Origin: Microthyrium microscopicum
Lineage: Eukaryota
NCBI GenBank assembly: GCA_010405405.1
Contig: MU004230.1
Coordinates: 406,627-470,626 of the forward strand
Length of the DNA: 64,000 bases
Direction of reading: 5' to 3'
Shown: piece by piece, positions 48,714-61,478 of the stretch
Numbering within the stretch: the first letter of the stretch is position 1
Layout: every line of letters begins with the position of its first letter
Program-made: the position numbers and the translations under genes
The notes under the pieces: generated by a model
Databases searched by the model: none
What the model saw: only the letters and a program-made list of their open reading frames with translations
Told to the model about the DNA's origin: nothing

Positions 48714-49943
48714 TCTCCTGAAGATCGGTTCTAGTTTCCGTCGCGCTGCTGAGATATTGGCGCGTTGTAAGGGAGGCTGGTGAGATTAGAAAAGTATATG
48801 AAGACTGTATTTGTTTACAGCAAGTAGCGGATTCCCATCATGGCCAGATGAGGGAAGCACAGAATAATGATCACGATAATGTCAAGGTGAGTAGGTAAGA
48901 AGCGCGAAAGTCACTGTGGTGGAGGTAGTAAGGGAGGACAAGCGGCAAAGCAGATTCTATTATTTAGCAGAACGAGTCGCCAGACCAGTGGACCCTTGGC
49001 CGCCATGAAGGATATAATCGGGCCTACGACTGGCCGGATCAATCAGTTTGCTGCAAGATGCCCACGAAGCCTGCAATCATCTTTGGTTCTGACTTGAAGT
49101 TGGAGGCTGGATGCCTTTTTGGGCCTGCCATTGGATGTGATCGATGCAGTACTCAGCCAATGAAAAGGTAGGAGCGAGGATAAGCGCCCACGCTAGTTGT
49201 TGGGCCTGGTCCATGCACGCCTTTCTTGAACATCACCCAAATCCAGAAACACATGTTTTGTTCCTCATTGATCCTCAACGGCCTCGCTTGTCCATTTCAC
49301 ATTGACTCCACGCTTCAATCTTGCAGCGCCGTCTTAGTCCCGAGCTATTGACTATCGTCAGTGCCCAAGTATGAAATCCTGCCATTCATAAGCTGCATAT
49401 GCCCTACAGCCATTCACGTGGCGTTGATAATCACTACCTATGAGTTAATTGTTGGTATATCCCCTAGAAAGATCGCATTGGCCCTTGATGTCGAAGCCCA
49501 GGATCTAGACTTCGATATCATGACCAGAAAAGACGCTAGAATAGAATCCTGGAGGATCACAACTCAAGACAAGCATAGCATTGTGATATAATAGTTTATT
49601 ATTCTTTCGAATCAGGTCCCTCGCGGGTTTTAGACTCTGGATATTTATGAATATCCTAGAAATACAGATATAATTTGCTTTTTTTCTTCGCTTCAATGAT
49701 CCGGGCTATATGCAAGGCATATCAAAAGCGTCGACTCCGGAAAAAAATGCCCCAAGCGCCTTGCTGCTGAGTATCAAGAGAGTGGTATAAGAAATGAAAG
49801 TAGATATCAACATCTGCCGCTCGAGAAAATCCAATGCGCGGAAAGTGAGACGCAGGCACTGCCGTTGTCCGTTAAGAAAATAGATCATTCCATATTATGG
49901 GAATGGGAAGTGGCACTTGAACATCATACAGCGTCCAGCTACG

Positions 49944-51926
49944 TTACCAGTGCCGCCCATGATCCTCGCCGTTCTGCTCCTCCTGAGAAAACATTTCATC
50001 CATGCCTGCGCCGTGGAAGAGTAGGTCTCGATTGACTAGCCCAGCACTAGGTGGCCATGCTGGATACCGCCGGGGCCACATGGCCATGTTTGGCATTGGA
50101 GGAGATCGATGAGTCCTAGTCGTCGGTTTCGTGGTCGAGTATGTTGGCGCGCTTTGAGCAGGTGGAGTCGCATAAGTAGATGACATGGCAAGACCAGAGT
50201 TGGAAGATTGCCCACGGCTATGCCCGAGTGATGGTGATACAGTTGACGCTCTCTGTTGCCCTGCTCTTGCCGCTGAACGAGGTGAGAGTCCTAGTGATCC
50301 AGTACCTGGTGCTATACTGCCCCGCCGTCTGCTCTCGGAGGATGCTCTTGGGGGTGACGGTCGTTGAGATGTTCGTACTGGTGTGGTGTTGTGTCTCCCT
50401 AGCGATATACTAGGCCTAGTATTTGTGCTATTTGCCCGATGATGTATAGACCTTGGGTGCGGTTGTCCGGAAGTAGATGAAGATAATCTAGGGTCCGCTT
50501 CCATTGGCGAGGAATCGACCACTATTGAAGGTGTACTCCTTGATTTTTCTTCATGGCGATTGTGGTCGGGTGAATTTGAGAAATGACTACCTTCAGACGA
50601 TGAAAGCGAGCCACGTTTTGGAGGTATAGGCTTGCCGTTGGAGTTAACTTGGACACCAAGCTCGCCAGTTGCATACAGATTACGCAACTCTCTCGTATCC
50701 TCTGGGATATCCGCGGGGAATGGTTTAGCCTTCATCGTTGGTGAATCTGCAGATTTCAGAGATCTGGGCAATTGCATCTTCTTCCGGAGATTCTTCAACT
50801 TCAGTAGTCTTGAGGAAGGCTCTGATTTGTGTGGCAGCTTTGGACTGTCTAGATATGAGGAGAAAAGAGAGTCCTTGGATAGTGACGATCGAATTCCAAG
50901 GTTCCGATTGAAAGCAACTGATTGTTGTTCGACAGCTTTGAGCTTGGGAGAATTCTGCTCGATTGTCGCAGGCATTCGCTTGATCGTTTTGGGTGTGACC
51001 AGTGGAGATGTGTCTGTGCTGAAGTAATCAGAATCTATCGAATGCGATAATCCAGGCGGTTTTGAAAGTGATGATTTCTCCGAATGAGGTGGTTCAGCAT
51101 CTGCGCTAAAGTAATCAGAATCCCCTCGATTTGGAGAGCTTTGTTGAGGAGCGGCAGTATGAATCTCTATATCGCCCAATCTCTGCTCTAGACTTTGAAT
51201 GATTCCAGCGGCCTCTTCTATTGCGCTTTGTCTTTCCACTGCGTCTTTCTCCAGCGACTCCACTTCATCATCTCTTTTCTCCAACTGTTGAACCAGCTCT
51301 TCGTTGATTTGTGTCAACTCGGCATTATTTTCTTTTGCCGCTTCAAGTTGTTGCTCAGACAAAGCAATTTCCTTGGACAAATGTTCTATCGCTTCCTGCG
51401 CTTGTTTCAGGCTTTTTGCATCTTCCTCTCTCTGCGCGTTAAGCTTCTTTGCCCGATCTTCGAACAGCATTATCCGATGCTTGAGATTCCAATTCTCTTT
51501 CTCCATTCTGTCTATTTTGCTCTCCGTTTCCCGCGCTCCCATCGTATGAATGTGACTCGACATGCTACTCGTCGTTATTTCACTCGCCCGCCGAGGCCGC
51601 GAGGGTCTTTGCTGTGATCTCTCTTTGGGCTCCTTCTCATCCCCTGATGATGATTGTAACCATTCGTCCTTGTACGACTGGGATCTGAGGGCAGCGCGAA
51701 CCCGCCTAGGTGTGGTGGATCGCGCCCGGGGTGGTATTCCTTTTGCCTCGCGTAGCGCTTCACGAAGAAACGAAGACGTGGGTTCTATTGCTTCGCCAGA
51801 TGATGTTGAAGGTCGCGTTAACGAAGACGACAATCCGGATGATGTGTTTGGTCGACCAGATGAAGTGCTTGGGCGCCGAGGGGTAAAGGGCCGTTGCCCT
51901 TTGGCGAAAGGAGATGAATAGCTCAT
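49944..51926 (-). CDS. Centrosomin N-terminal motif (Cnn_1N/CM1) coiled-coil protein
   Basis: 660-aa ORF; 'MGARETESKIDRMEKENWNLKHRIMLFED' resembles the CM1 gamma-tubulin-complex-binding motif, followed by coiled coil and a disordered tail. Confidence 0.72.
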   Translation of the reverse strand: MSYSSPFAKGQRPFTPRRPSTSSGRPNTSSGLSSSLTRPSTSSGEAIEPTSSFLREALREAKGIPPRARSTTPRRVRAALRSQSYKDEWLQSSSGDEKEPKERSQQRPSRPRRASEITTSSMSSHIHTMGARETESKIDRMEKENWNLKHRIMLFEDRAKKLNAQREEDAKSLKQAQEAIEHLSKEIALSEQQLEAAKENNAELTQINEELVQQLEKRDDEVESLEKDAVERQSAIEEAAGIIQSLEQRLGDIEIHTAAPQQSSPNRGDSDYFSADAEPPHSEKSSLSKPPGLSHSIDSDYFSTDTSPLVTPKTIKRMPATIEQNSPKLKAVEQQSVAFNRNLGIRSSLSKDSLFSSYLDSPKLPHKSEPSSRLLKLKNLRKKMQLPRSLKSADSPTMKAKPFPADIPEDTRELRNLYATGELGVQVNSNGKPIPPKRGSLSSSEGSHFSNSPDHNRHEEKSRSTPSIVVDSSPMEADPRLSSSTSGQPHPRSIHHRANSTNTRPSISLGRHNTTPVRTSQRPSPPRASSESRRRGSIAPGTGSLGLSPRSAARAGQQRASTVSPSLGHSRGQSSNSGLAMSSTYATPPAQSAPTYSTTKPTTRTHRSPPMPNMAMWPRRYPAWPPSAGLVNRDLLFHGAGMDEMFSQEEQNGEDHGRHW

Positions 51927-54256
51927 GTTTGTTGTGGGTAAAAGCCAATCAAATAGGGTTTCAGTTGTCTTTGTTGAGATGACTGGGATCTAGAGATGCG
52001 GGATCATTATCGACATGAGGATATGCAACTAGGATAGAGTAATGAGCGACGACTTGCTATGCAAATCAGAGTGATGAACCGGAAAAGAAATTAGTGGTAA
52101 GAATGACGATGGGTATCCAGCTTTGCGTCAGCGCATGTAGTAAATGGAAGGTAGTGACTAGGTTGAGCACGACTGGTAATCATGTATCATTCGAGCCAGC
52201 GTAACTGTCAGATTTAATCGTGAAATGTGTACAGCAACCGTAGTACAATGTACTTGTACTGCTCGCTTGCGGTTGGTTGTTGTGTTCTGTGACAGTCAAG
52301 TTGCGCGTGGTGAAGGCGAAGGCAGTGATGGTGTCCAGATGGTCAACGGATGAATGAGATGCTGGAGAAGATCCATTCCAGGAGTTCCAAGATGAAGCGA
52401 CGATTCGCGAGTGTGGGTAGACAAAAGGATATCCAGACTCCAGAGGTTTCCAGCGATGAGGTCAAGGGACCAGATCAAATTCTCTACCACGGTAGTGTAA
52501 GTGGACGGCGCAGAGGGGTCTGCATGTAGTGGGTTCGCCTAGTATGCAAGAATGCGCTGGACAAAGTGGGAGGCAGGAAGCATATCGTGTAAAGTAGAAG
52601 GGTAGACCTTGTCGAAATAGAGGAGATAGCTGGTATGAATGCAGTTTTGACGTAAAGAACAGGAGGTGGTGAGAAAAATGGCAAAGATGGGATGAATGCA
52701 GGAATTAGCGAACGCGCGCGCAGAGAAACCAAAGCCGACAAGAGTTATTATTTTGCTTCTTCCCAAGATTCCGTACACAAACATCCCAAGGCTAACCCAG
52801 AGTTGTAAGCGTGAGGAGAAGAGAGAGAGCGGCCAAACCACCAAACCGCCCAACTTGCACTGGCTTGATCCACCGGCCTAACGCTGTTACCAGGACCAGG
52901 ATACTGATTAAATACTGCTGACAAGACATTGCAAGGCCCTGAAGATTAATCCTATTTGCGGAGAAGCCAGCTCGTTCTCACATCTCAAACAAACACCAAT
53001 CATATCCCCTATTTGAGTATAGAAATGCGACAAAACTTGCCCCGGTATGAACGATCCGAATTCCGGCGGGAGGGAGCCGGCTTTCCGCTTTCCACTGTAC
53101 TGACAGTAGTCCAGGGCTCCACGCGACAAACATCTCCACTCTCAACCTGTCTTCGGTCAAGTTCGGCCAAACTCTATTCCAAACCTGGTCGCCGTTGAAG
53201 GCTGGAATCCTTGAACTTGTGCGATACAAAACTGTCGCAATTTGAAGTATTCAAAAGTGCGACAACAGTGGAATCCCAAAGGAGCGCTGCGTGCATAAAA
53301 AGCGTCCAGCAGCAAAACGCATCCTCCAGGTTCAAAGCCATTTATTTCTGCAGCTTAGCCGGCCTGCAGCAACAGACAGCCGTGTTTCAAAGGGGCCAGC
53401 CTATCGCGCGTCTCTCTCCAGGCCCAGTTCGCTGCTTTGGGCACCACAGTGCAGCACTTGGATGCTGATCCCAGTGCCCCTGCGCCTTGCACGTTAAAGT
53501 CACTGCTCCCTCCAAAGCCAAGCATCCACTCAGGAACGCGTCTGGCCATGTTCGTCTCACATTCGCTCTGCCTGCCATGCTGGTCATTTCACACTTGTTG
53601 ACGAAGCTCAAAGCATCAACCTTTCACTTTCATCGTTTCGCTTCCATCCAAGCGACCGCTATGCTCGTCCGTTCGCTCACACGGCACGATATATCATCTC
53701 TGTGTTGTCAAACAGGCGCGATGTATGCATGACATGCTATTGTACATTTCATAAACTACTGATCGAAGAATATCAAAACGCCATGTCTCTGATCAAGAGC
53801 TTCCATTGTTTTTTCTAGCGTTTGGCCTTCATCCCGTGGCGTTCTTCGGAGATTTTTTATCACAACTTCAGTTGATGTTGAGGCGCCGTTGAAAACAACC
53901 GTTACTTCACTTCTCCTTTTGCAGGGCTAGGAATCCCTCCCTGGCATTTCAATAGATTGATCGCTTGGTATGGTTCTGTAAGAGCTGAGATAGATCAGGG
54001 GGTTGACACTGGACTCTTATCACACTTCTCGCTGGTGATAGCCTCTGATGGCTCTTCCAATAGATCCTCGTCGATTGCCAATGTGCAAAAAGAACGAGCA
54101 CGGGTTTGATTCGCCTATGTGAGACCATCCAGCCTCATCTTCGCTTTGTATCAGCTACGAAGGTTGATGTGGGCTTTCTGGCCAGCATAAGTTAGCTGAG
54201 AAGATACTGTTATGCAAACTCTCCGTTTACCCAAAGCGGTGTTTTTGGCCCAAAAT

Positions 54257-55627
54257 TTACATAGAAACTGCTGCAATTACAGTGGACCGAATCGCTTCAT
54301 CAATCTTGGAAGCCGATATTCCAGGCCCAATCACCAAGCATACCATGCGATCCAGCAATTCTGCAATAATCATCAGTGGATGACCTTTACCAGAAATTCA
54401 TTGACTCTCACCAAAGAACAATCTTCCAACATTGATCTTTATCTTCTCATTCTTTCTAAATTCATCAAAAACTGTCCCCGTAGACCCAATTGAAGCTCGT
54501 GGATCCATGGAGAATTCTGCAAATGATGATCCCGGTTTCAAAGCAAATCCCTTCTTGGACAAGTACTTGCTCACTCCGTCTGGATCTATATAATCCTCGC
54601 CAGTTTCGGACTTCAGTGCTGATGGAGGAGGAGCTGGCAGCAATCCTTCCGATGATGTTTTCTTGAGTCCTTGTGACTGACTGGTAGCAGAATCGTGGAT
54701 CATGCGATCGAGATGGCGTTTGATCTCATCCCTAGTACTGGAGAAGATACATGTTCGGAACTTGTTGCAAAGCACTGAGTATGGTGCTTCGGATTCGCGG
54801 ATCAGGTTGTAAGCTCCTCGCAAACACTCGTGTCTCAGCTGCGAAGAAAAGGCGAGCAATGAGTTACTAATATCTTCAACGTGACCAATATGTGGTCCCC
54901 ATTTGCTTGATAACGCTCCCTCGTATGGGAGATCAAAGTTGTGGTATGGTGAGTAGGAGATGTTTACTTTGATGTCGCCTTCTTCGAGGACATCTGTCGG
55001 TATGGACGCACTATTTTCTAGCTTGCTTAGCTGTGAAGCTCCCGGGCTAACTTGTTCACGCAGTCTTTGAATGTTGCTCCTCACTTCCTGCGGCAAATTC
55101 GGCAGCTGTGATGTTAGCTTGGAGAGATTATCCGCGATGTTCTTCATTTCATCGAGCTGCTTTTGGAGAACAATGACATCGCTACGTAGTGTTGTTATGG
55201 TTGCCTTCTCTCGATTGCGATAGGCTCTTTGAGCTACTCTTACTTGCGCCCTCCGCCGCTGAAGAAAGTTTAGTCTAACAATGTCACTAAACTCGGGTAG
55301 CCTTACCTCAGCAGCAGATTGTCCACTTGGTTCTGAAACCCCTTTGAAGCGGCGAGTTCTGGTCAGTTTTGCCTTTGGAGCGTCTGCGTCTTTTGTATTC
55401 GTTTGTGACAGTAGAACATGAGAGCCGACAGGAGATTCAATTTCATTCTGCTGCAGGGAAGGATCAATCACATCCATGCCATCTTGGAAATATGCCTCGT
55501 CATTCTGAGTGAGGTTCAAAGCAGACCAGTCAATTTCCGGAATATCAAAGCTGGCTGATGAGTGAGCCAGAAAATCGCCAGTCGAACCCCATTGTGTGCC
55601 GAAATTGTTCACCGAAAACGTTGACAT
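54257..55627 (-). CDS. bZIP-domain transcription factor, 3 exons
   Basis: 'AAE|RRRAQVRVAQRAYRNREKATITTLRSDV' across in-frame intron ~55260-55306; second intron 54361-54411; last exon 'LLDRMVCLVIGPG...' ends TAA 54257-54259. Confidence 0.85.
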
Positions 55628-56309
55628 GCTTTTTAAAGATCGTAATAGTAACAGAGAATCAGTTTTGGTGAAGCGAGTCTGAGGCTGTTCTTTTGAGTCT
55701 CAGTGATCCATTGGGCTCTGATCACTCATCATGCTATCGCCGAGTTCATTAATGTCGATTAGTAAACGCCTGCCTCCACTAGGCTCCTCTTCTTCAACAA
55801 TTGTTTTTAGCAATTTTTCCATGGAAAGACCTCGGAAGAATTCATTGCCGATTGTAGAAGCTATCCAAATGTGGATTCGGAGACGGATGAATGAGAATAG
55901 TTACCACTATCAAATTTGGTATTTCAACCAGACAGGCTGGCACGTTAATAGAGGGCGTGCAGAGATGATCACCATAGCAGTCAGTTTGACGTTAATGTGG
56001 CTTTCCAATGATCACTTATAGACTTTGTCGAAGGTTTTGAGGCAGATCCAGACAGCTGAGCTTGGTTGCCATCTGATATATGATCACTGATGATTGCAAA
56101 TATCAAGACCACTCAGGACAAGAGCACGTCTATCTTTGATCAAGGCAACTGCATCATGAGTGTTGCTCACCTTCTGTTTCAAAAGGATGCGAACATATTT
56201 AACCTGCAAAGATCGCTGATGTAATTCTGAGCTCTCAATTATTTCACATCTTACAAGCTTCCAAGACAGAGGTGTTCAGATATCGCAACAAGTTCGATTG
56301 TTTGAAAAT

Positions 56310-57557
56310 ATGGCAAATAAAGGCAAAACCATATTGATCACAGGGTAAGTTTGTCCATCTTTTACCATGTCGTAAATCCGTCCGTTGACCGAAATAACAG
56401 CTGTTCGACGGGCATTGGGAAGGCTCTTGCTATTGAGTTCCATAACAAGGGTATACTTATAGCATCACTTCTGAGAATATAGGAAGTGCTAACGCCAAAA
56501 TTAGGTCATCGAGTCTTCGCCGCTTCACGAACCGTCTCTTCTTTGAAGTCGCTGGCAGAAATTGGTATCGAGATTATTCAGTTGGATCCCACCAACGCCG
56601 ATTCTATCTACAATGCTCGATCAGAGATCTCTAAACAGACTGATGGAAAGCTAGACATATTGATTAACAACGCGTAAGTACGTCCCATCCCATTCTGCCA
56701 CAGTGGTGCAACTTTTTGCTAACAAGAATTCCTCTTTAGTGGACAATGTGAGCAAATGTTCCCAATCTCCAATCGATGCAACCTCTAACATGATCAAGGG
56801 ATCGAATCACCTGCCATCGAGGTTGATCTTGACCGCGTAAAAGACATGTTTGACGTCAATGTCTTTGCAGTTATGGAGATGAATAAGCAGTTCATTCCGC
56901 TCTTGATTGCGGCAAAGGGAACGATTGTCAATCACGGAAGTTCGTCTCTACTCCTAACATTTCTCCCCTCTTACTCTAAGCTAATACCCATGATCAGGTA
57001 TCCTTCGTAACATGCCGCATCCCATGACAGCTGCATACAATGCCAGCAAAGCAGCTTTAGCTCAGTATTCCACCACACTACGACTAGAACTAGCACCACT
57101 GGACGTCAAAGTGGTGGAGCTAGTCACAGGGCGAGTTGCTACAGGCTTGGTCACTTTGCCAACTTTGGCCAATACTTCGATCTACAAACCACTGGAGCCT
57201 GCGGTACAGAAGAGAGCACGGGAAGCAGGTACAGTACTGAACAAATATGATTGCCCAGATACTAATTGCAAACTACGAATCAGAGACGATGCAGCCGACC
57301 AATGTATTTGCGAAAGCAGTGGTGAAAGATATCCTGTCCTCTTCCCATCGTGAGATATCCAGAGGAAAGATGGCTACGCTAGGTTGGGTCATAACAACGT
57401 TTTTCCCTACATGGGCATGGGTAAGTGTATCTGTGTATGATGGTCAACGATGTCGATATCTGCTAATCGCTTTCAGGATCCTGTTATGAACAGCTCAAGT
57501 GGACTAAAAGAGTTTCGGGAACCAATCCTTAGACGTGCTCTAGACCTCAAGAAGTAA
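56310..57557 (+). CDS. Short-chain dehydrogenase/reductase, Ayr1-like (1-acyl-DHAP reductase), 8 exons
   Basis: 'TILITG|CSTGIG', 'GKLDILINNA|GQ', 'FDVNVF', catalytic 'YNASKAA', 'LRLELAPLDVKV'; includes 8-nt microexon 56740-56747. Confidence 0.9.
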
Positions 57558-57738
57558 GGGAAATAGTAATGGGCTCGACAATCCGCATTCGGTATCAAGC
57601 GATTTGTCATTAATGTTATCTTGCTCGAGGCTCAGCAAAAACATCTGCCATGATCTTCCTCGCTATTTGAATCTTCTTTAGCTCTCTGGCGTGGTTGATC
57701 AGTCTCAGAACTATAGAATGAAACAATTCAAAATCTAT

Positions 57739-59417
57739 CTACCACGTCCTTGGAATATGATAGAGGCCTCATTTCTCTTCTGTATCCGCCTCCCTAAACT
57801 TGTCAATCCCACCACTCACTCCATCTTTGTCCACTGACCAGTGTCCATTCTCAATCATATCTTTCCCATTCTTGAGAAGTAGCTCTAGACGTAGCAACGT
57901 ATTCTGGCTATTCAAGATACTCGGTCCGGGATGGTAAAGACCGTCGTATATCCCTACCCTATCAAGTGATTTCCCGCTGTCATACTTTGCCCACCGATTG
58001 CGTGCGATGCTGAAAGGTAGCAATAGTTTCATCCATCAGCACGTGTGATACCCATTGTAGGATCAAGGTAGAGCCCACATTAATATGAGCTACATCTTTG
58101 CCATGGATATCCATGGTAAGGCCTATAGTTGTTTCCCCATTTCACTTCTGCTCGAAGGAGTTCGACGTCTGCACGGAGGAAGAGAAATGGGTAAAATCTA
58201 TATGAGTAGGTCCCTTTGTCAAAAGGAAACCGGATTTCATTTAGATCCACTTTCTTGAATGGTTGGTCGGCAAGTTCTTCCGCAGTGACTATACATAGGC
58301 CTGGAGCGACATATCGAAAATGTCTTGGAATTCTGGCTCGTTGGACAAATCCTTTGACAAAAGCGCTTTGGAGGTCGCATGCCCTTATATCATTGCTGCT
58401 GTAATGCAAGGTTACTTCTTGAGTCGTGCTTTGTACAGTGTCTGGGAGGCGGACCTCAATGGCTGATAGAAGGTCTTCCCATGCTGAAACTGTGACGTCC
58501 AGGATCGTGTCGAAATTTCAAGTCCAACAGGCATTATTGACCATGGAGAATGAAAGTCTTCTACTATTTCCCACTCTGGTGGCTCTTCCCAGTAACCGGT
58601 CTCAAACTCGACGTCAATTGATTTGGCCACAACCCTTTTCTGATTGAACATCTCGACACAGGCCAGTAAGATCTCTTCTCAGGGTGCCCATTGAAGCGGA
58701 TTACCTGTGCCATTCTGGTCACATATCTTAGCTGCTAATGTCAGCTCGAAATCATCCCAGGAACAAACTACTGTAAAAATAGCTTGGAAGCAATGTTCCA
58801 AATTTATGACTTGCTGTGAGCGTGCCTTAAAAGAGTTCGTCAAACAGTCACCAGCTTACCTTTCATGGTTTCCTGGTCAAGACTGCAGCTCATGTCAGTG
58901 AAATCGTCGGAACATGTCAAGGGCGTGTGCCAATTACTAAAGTCTTTCATGTCTTTGCCATTCATCTGGTACTCGATAGAGCTAGAGATACCGACTCTCG
59001 CCGTCTGGACTTCCCGTGCCCAATTCTCCAGTGAGCGACTTCAACAAATCCTCAGGTGTTACCAGTGTTTTGACGTAATAGGACAAGTTTTCATCCTGCT
59101 CATTACCTGGGTAATCGTTGATTGTAGCCTGGAGGAATTTCAATGACAGATGGTTCAAGGCAATCTTCGAGTGCCTGTGCGGTTGGTATATGGTCGTCTT
59201 GCCCAAAATGCTCCTCCCACCACGTTGTGCTGTCCTGCTTCCAGTCTATTTTCCTGTAGGACTGGTACCCATCCGGTTTCTAGAAGAAGATTGTGCAATT
59301 CGGCGCATCTTTGCCAATTGAGCCAGGCCTTTGTTCTGCTCACATGTTCCAGATTATCTGAGAAGTGAAAAGATTTCTGAATTAGATCAAAATCAGCTTT
59401 TTGTCGTTACGACACAT
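57739..59417 (-). pseudogene. Fragmented fungal hypothetical protein gene
   Basis: Protein-like fragments in changing frames ('RCAELHNLLLETGW', 'WEDLLSAIEVRLP', 'FRYVAPGL', 'MIENGHWSVDKDGVSGGIDKFREADTE'); several frameshifts and a TGA at 57769-57771 just before the apparent natural end 'LYHIPRTW*'. Confidence 0.75.
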
Positions 59418-60036
59418 ATATCTTTTGATGCTTCATGATATTCGTTTCGCTAGATTTGGACCCAACTTCAGTGCGGCACAGCAAATGCGGTCTAGGCGAC
59501 TATCACTGGACGCTTTCACTCGAATAGCATGTTCAAACGTTCACATTATGCGTTCGTATGTAATCGTGCTTACATATCACTTCAACAAACACCGGGATGT
59601 CAAATTTAGTAAGTCACCGCTACTTCACGGAGCGTCGAGGAGTACTCAAAGACAGGCTGTTATGCTTGTTTCGATTTCTAGCTGGTCTTCTCAGGATTGT
59701 ACGCTTCTAGACATCTAAATACTTACTATAAGCAATTCTGGGTTGTGTAACAAATGCCTATTTCACAATCCTGGTTTGGGATATATTGTTCCTTACAGAT
59801 TTCCAGGTTCGCATTTGCCCTTATATGCCACTCTGCTATCATATACAATATGATCTCATATACTGAATTCATCTTGCTCCGAGCACCGTCTATCCTTAAA
59901 TTCAAATTTGCCCAATAGGCTCGAATTGAGATGTATTCAAGAAAAGGCAGTCCCTCCTACTGCCGATGTTGGTGATCGATCTTCACTGCCATAATTTTCT
60001 TCTTCTGCGACTGCCTATTCTTTCAAACAGTCCAAA

Positions 60037-61017
60037 ATGTTAAGTTTTATTATTGGTGCTTCAGCGTTGCTCGCAGGACAAGCCGCTGGTGCTTGCACTC
60101 GCGAGTTACTCGGCGATGTGGCTACCAAGTTCATCGCATCTGCCAAAGTCGATGGCAACACATTCAAGGCGGCCACAGGGTTGAAGTATTCAGAAAATTA
60201 CAAGGACGCCAACATCGCCAGCGGCGTGTATTCAAAGGCCATCAATGTCAACTATACCAGCACACTTCTTGATGCGACAGCCTGTGGTGTATATGTTGAA
60301 ATCATCGCCCCAGACAATAAACCAGGATATCAACTTGCTACTCAGATCTTTGTAAACGCAGACGGTGCGGCAAACAAAGTCGAGGTTGTTGTCACCAGCG
60401 ACGACCCAAGCTGGCCCTCTTGGTTCTACAATGGCAAGAGAGCTCTCGAAATAGCTCTGAAGGACCAACAATCTGGACTCAGGAAGGAACTTCCGGAGGC
60501 CCAGCGTCCATCCAGAGAACATTTGAAGAGTGTGGCCGATGGGTACTTTACAATCTTCGGTGGAAAGGACAAGAAAATTCCCAACTTCTCCAAGGGTTGC
60601 TTGCGTCAAGAAGGTATGTTACAACATCACCCCGAATCATGACTCCCATTATGGCGGTGTAAGAGCTCAATTAATGCTCTGATTCATCTAGGTGGATTCC
60701 CCAAGCAGCTCGATTGCACCCTCGGAGTTCCCAAAGCTTCTCAAGCAAAAGGCTCCCTCCCGAGCTGTGGTACCACCACTGCCAGCACACCTCATCCCGA
60801 CATTCGCGGGTACATTATTGATGAGACTGTTGGTACTGTCGAGGTCTTCTCCAAATTCCAGGGCGCTCCCGACTCTCACGATTTCAGAGTTGAGAACTGT
60901 GAAGTTGTGGCCGTACATGCTGTTACCACTACTCTCGGGGGTAAATCTGGCAGTGGTAGCAAATTCGGAGGCGGCGGAAAATCTGGCAATGGTGCAAAGA
61001 TGGGAGGTGGTGCGTAA
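60037..61017 (+). CDS. Secreted hypothetical protein (SnoaL/NTF2-like fungal family) with Gly/Lys tail, 2 exons
   Basis: Signal peptide + 'ACTRELL', 'YSEN', 'SREHLKSVADGYF', 'CLRQE|GG', 'IIDETVG', 'PDSHDFRVE'; intron 60614-60691. Confidence 0.8.
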
Positions 61018-61478
61018 ATGTTTATAACAGTATGCTCCGTACAGTAACTTCTCAGGAAAAATGTGAACAATAAACAGTTCCATGTTGCAAGCACGAATGT
61101 GTGGGTACCATTACCCGAGAGTGAGATTGTTGTGACATTTGAAGGACGAGGTTTGGAACTTAATACTCGAACTGTATGATTTTCTTATTCATCCTCGGGA
61201 GTCAAAGTGTACCCGTTCCTTGAGAAATCTCCAACGACTTCCAATAGTTGTTATATTGACCTTTCCAGCTTCGTTAGGGTCTGGTCTTACTGCCGAAAGC
61301 AGGCATCTAAAGCTCTAGATCGGCATTTCACTTGTGAGAAACGGGGCAATATTGACCCGAGTAGCCGTACCTTGAGACTGCTTTTAAGAGACATATTCTG
61401 TGGTAGTAACTTGGGTAACAAGTTGCACTGTGTGAGAGACATCATCTTTTCCGAAAACAATCACGGGCAAAAGTCAAC

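Noticed and set aside
52296..53732. Short overlapping ORFs between the Cnn_1N gene and the bZIP gene
   Set aside because: No coherent gene model; probably UTR/promoter sequence.
57769..57771. TGA at an expected Trp as a readthrough or A-to-I editing site
   Set aside because: The same gene has several frameshifts, so ordinary pseudogenisation is the simpler explanation.
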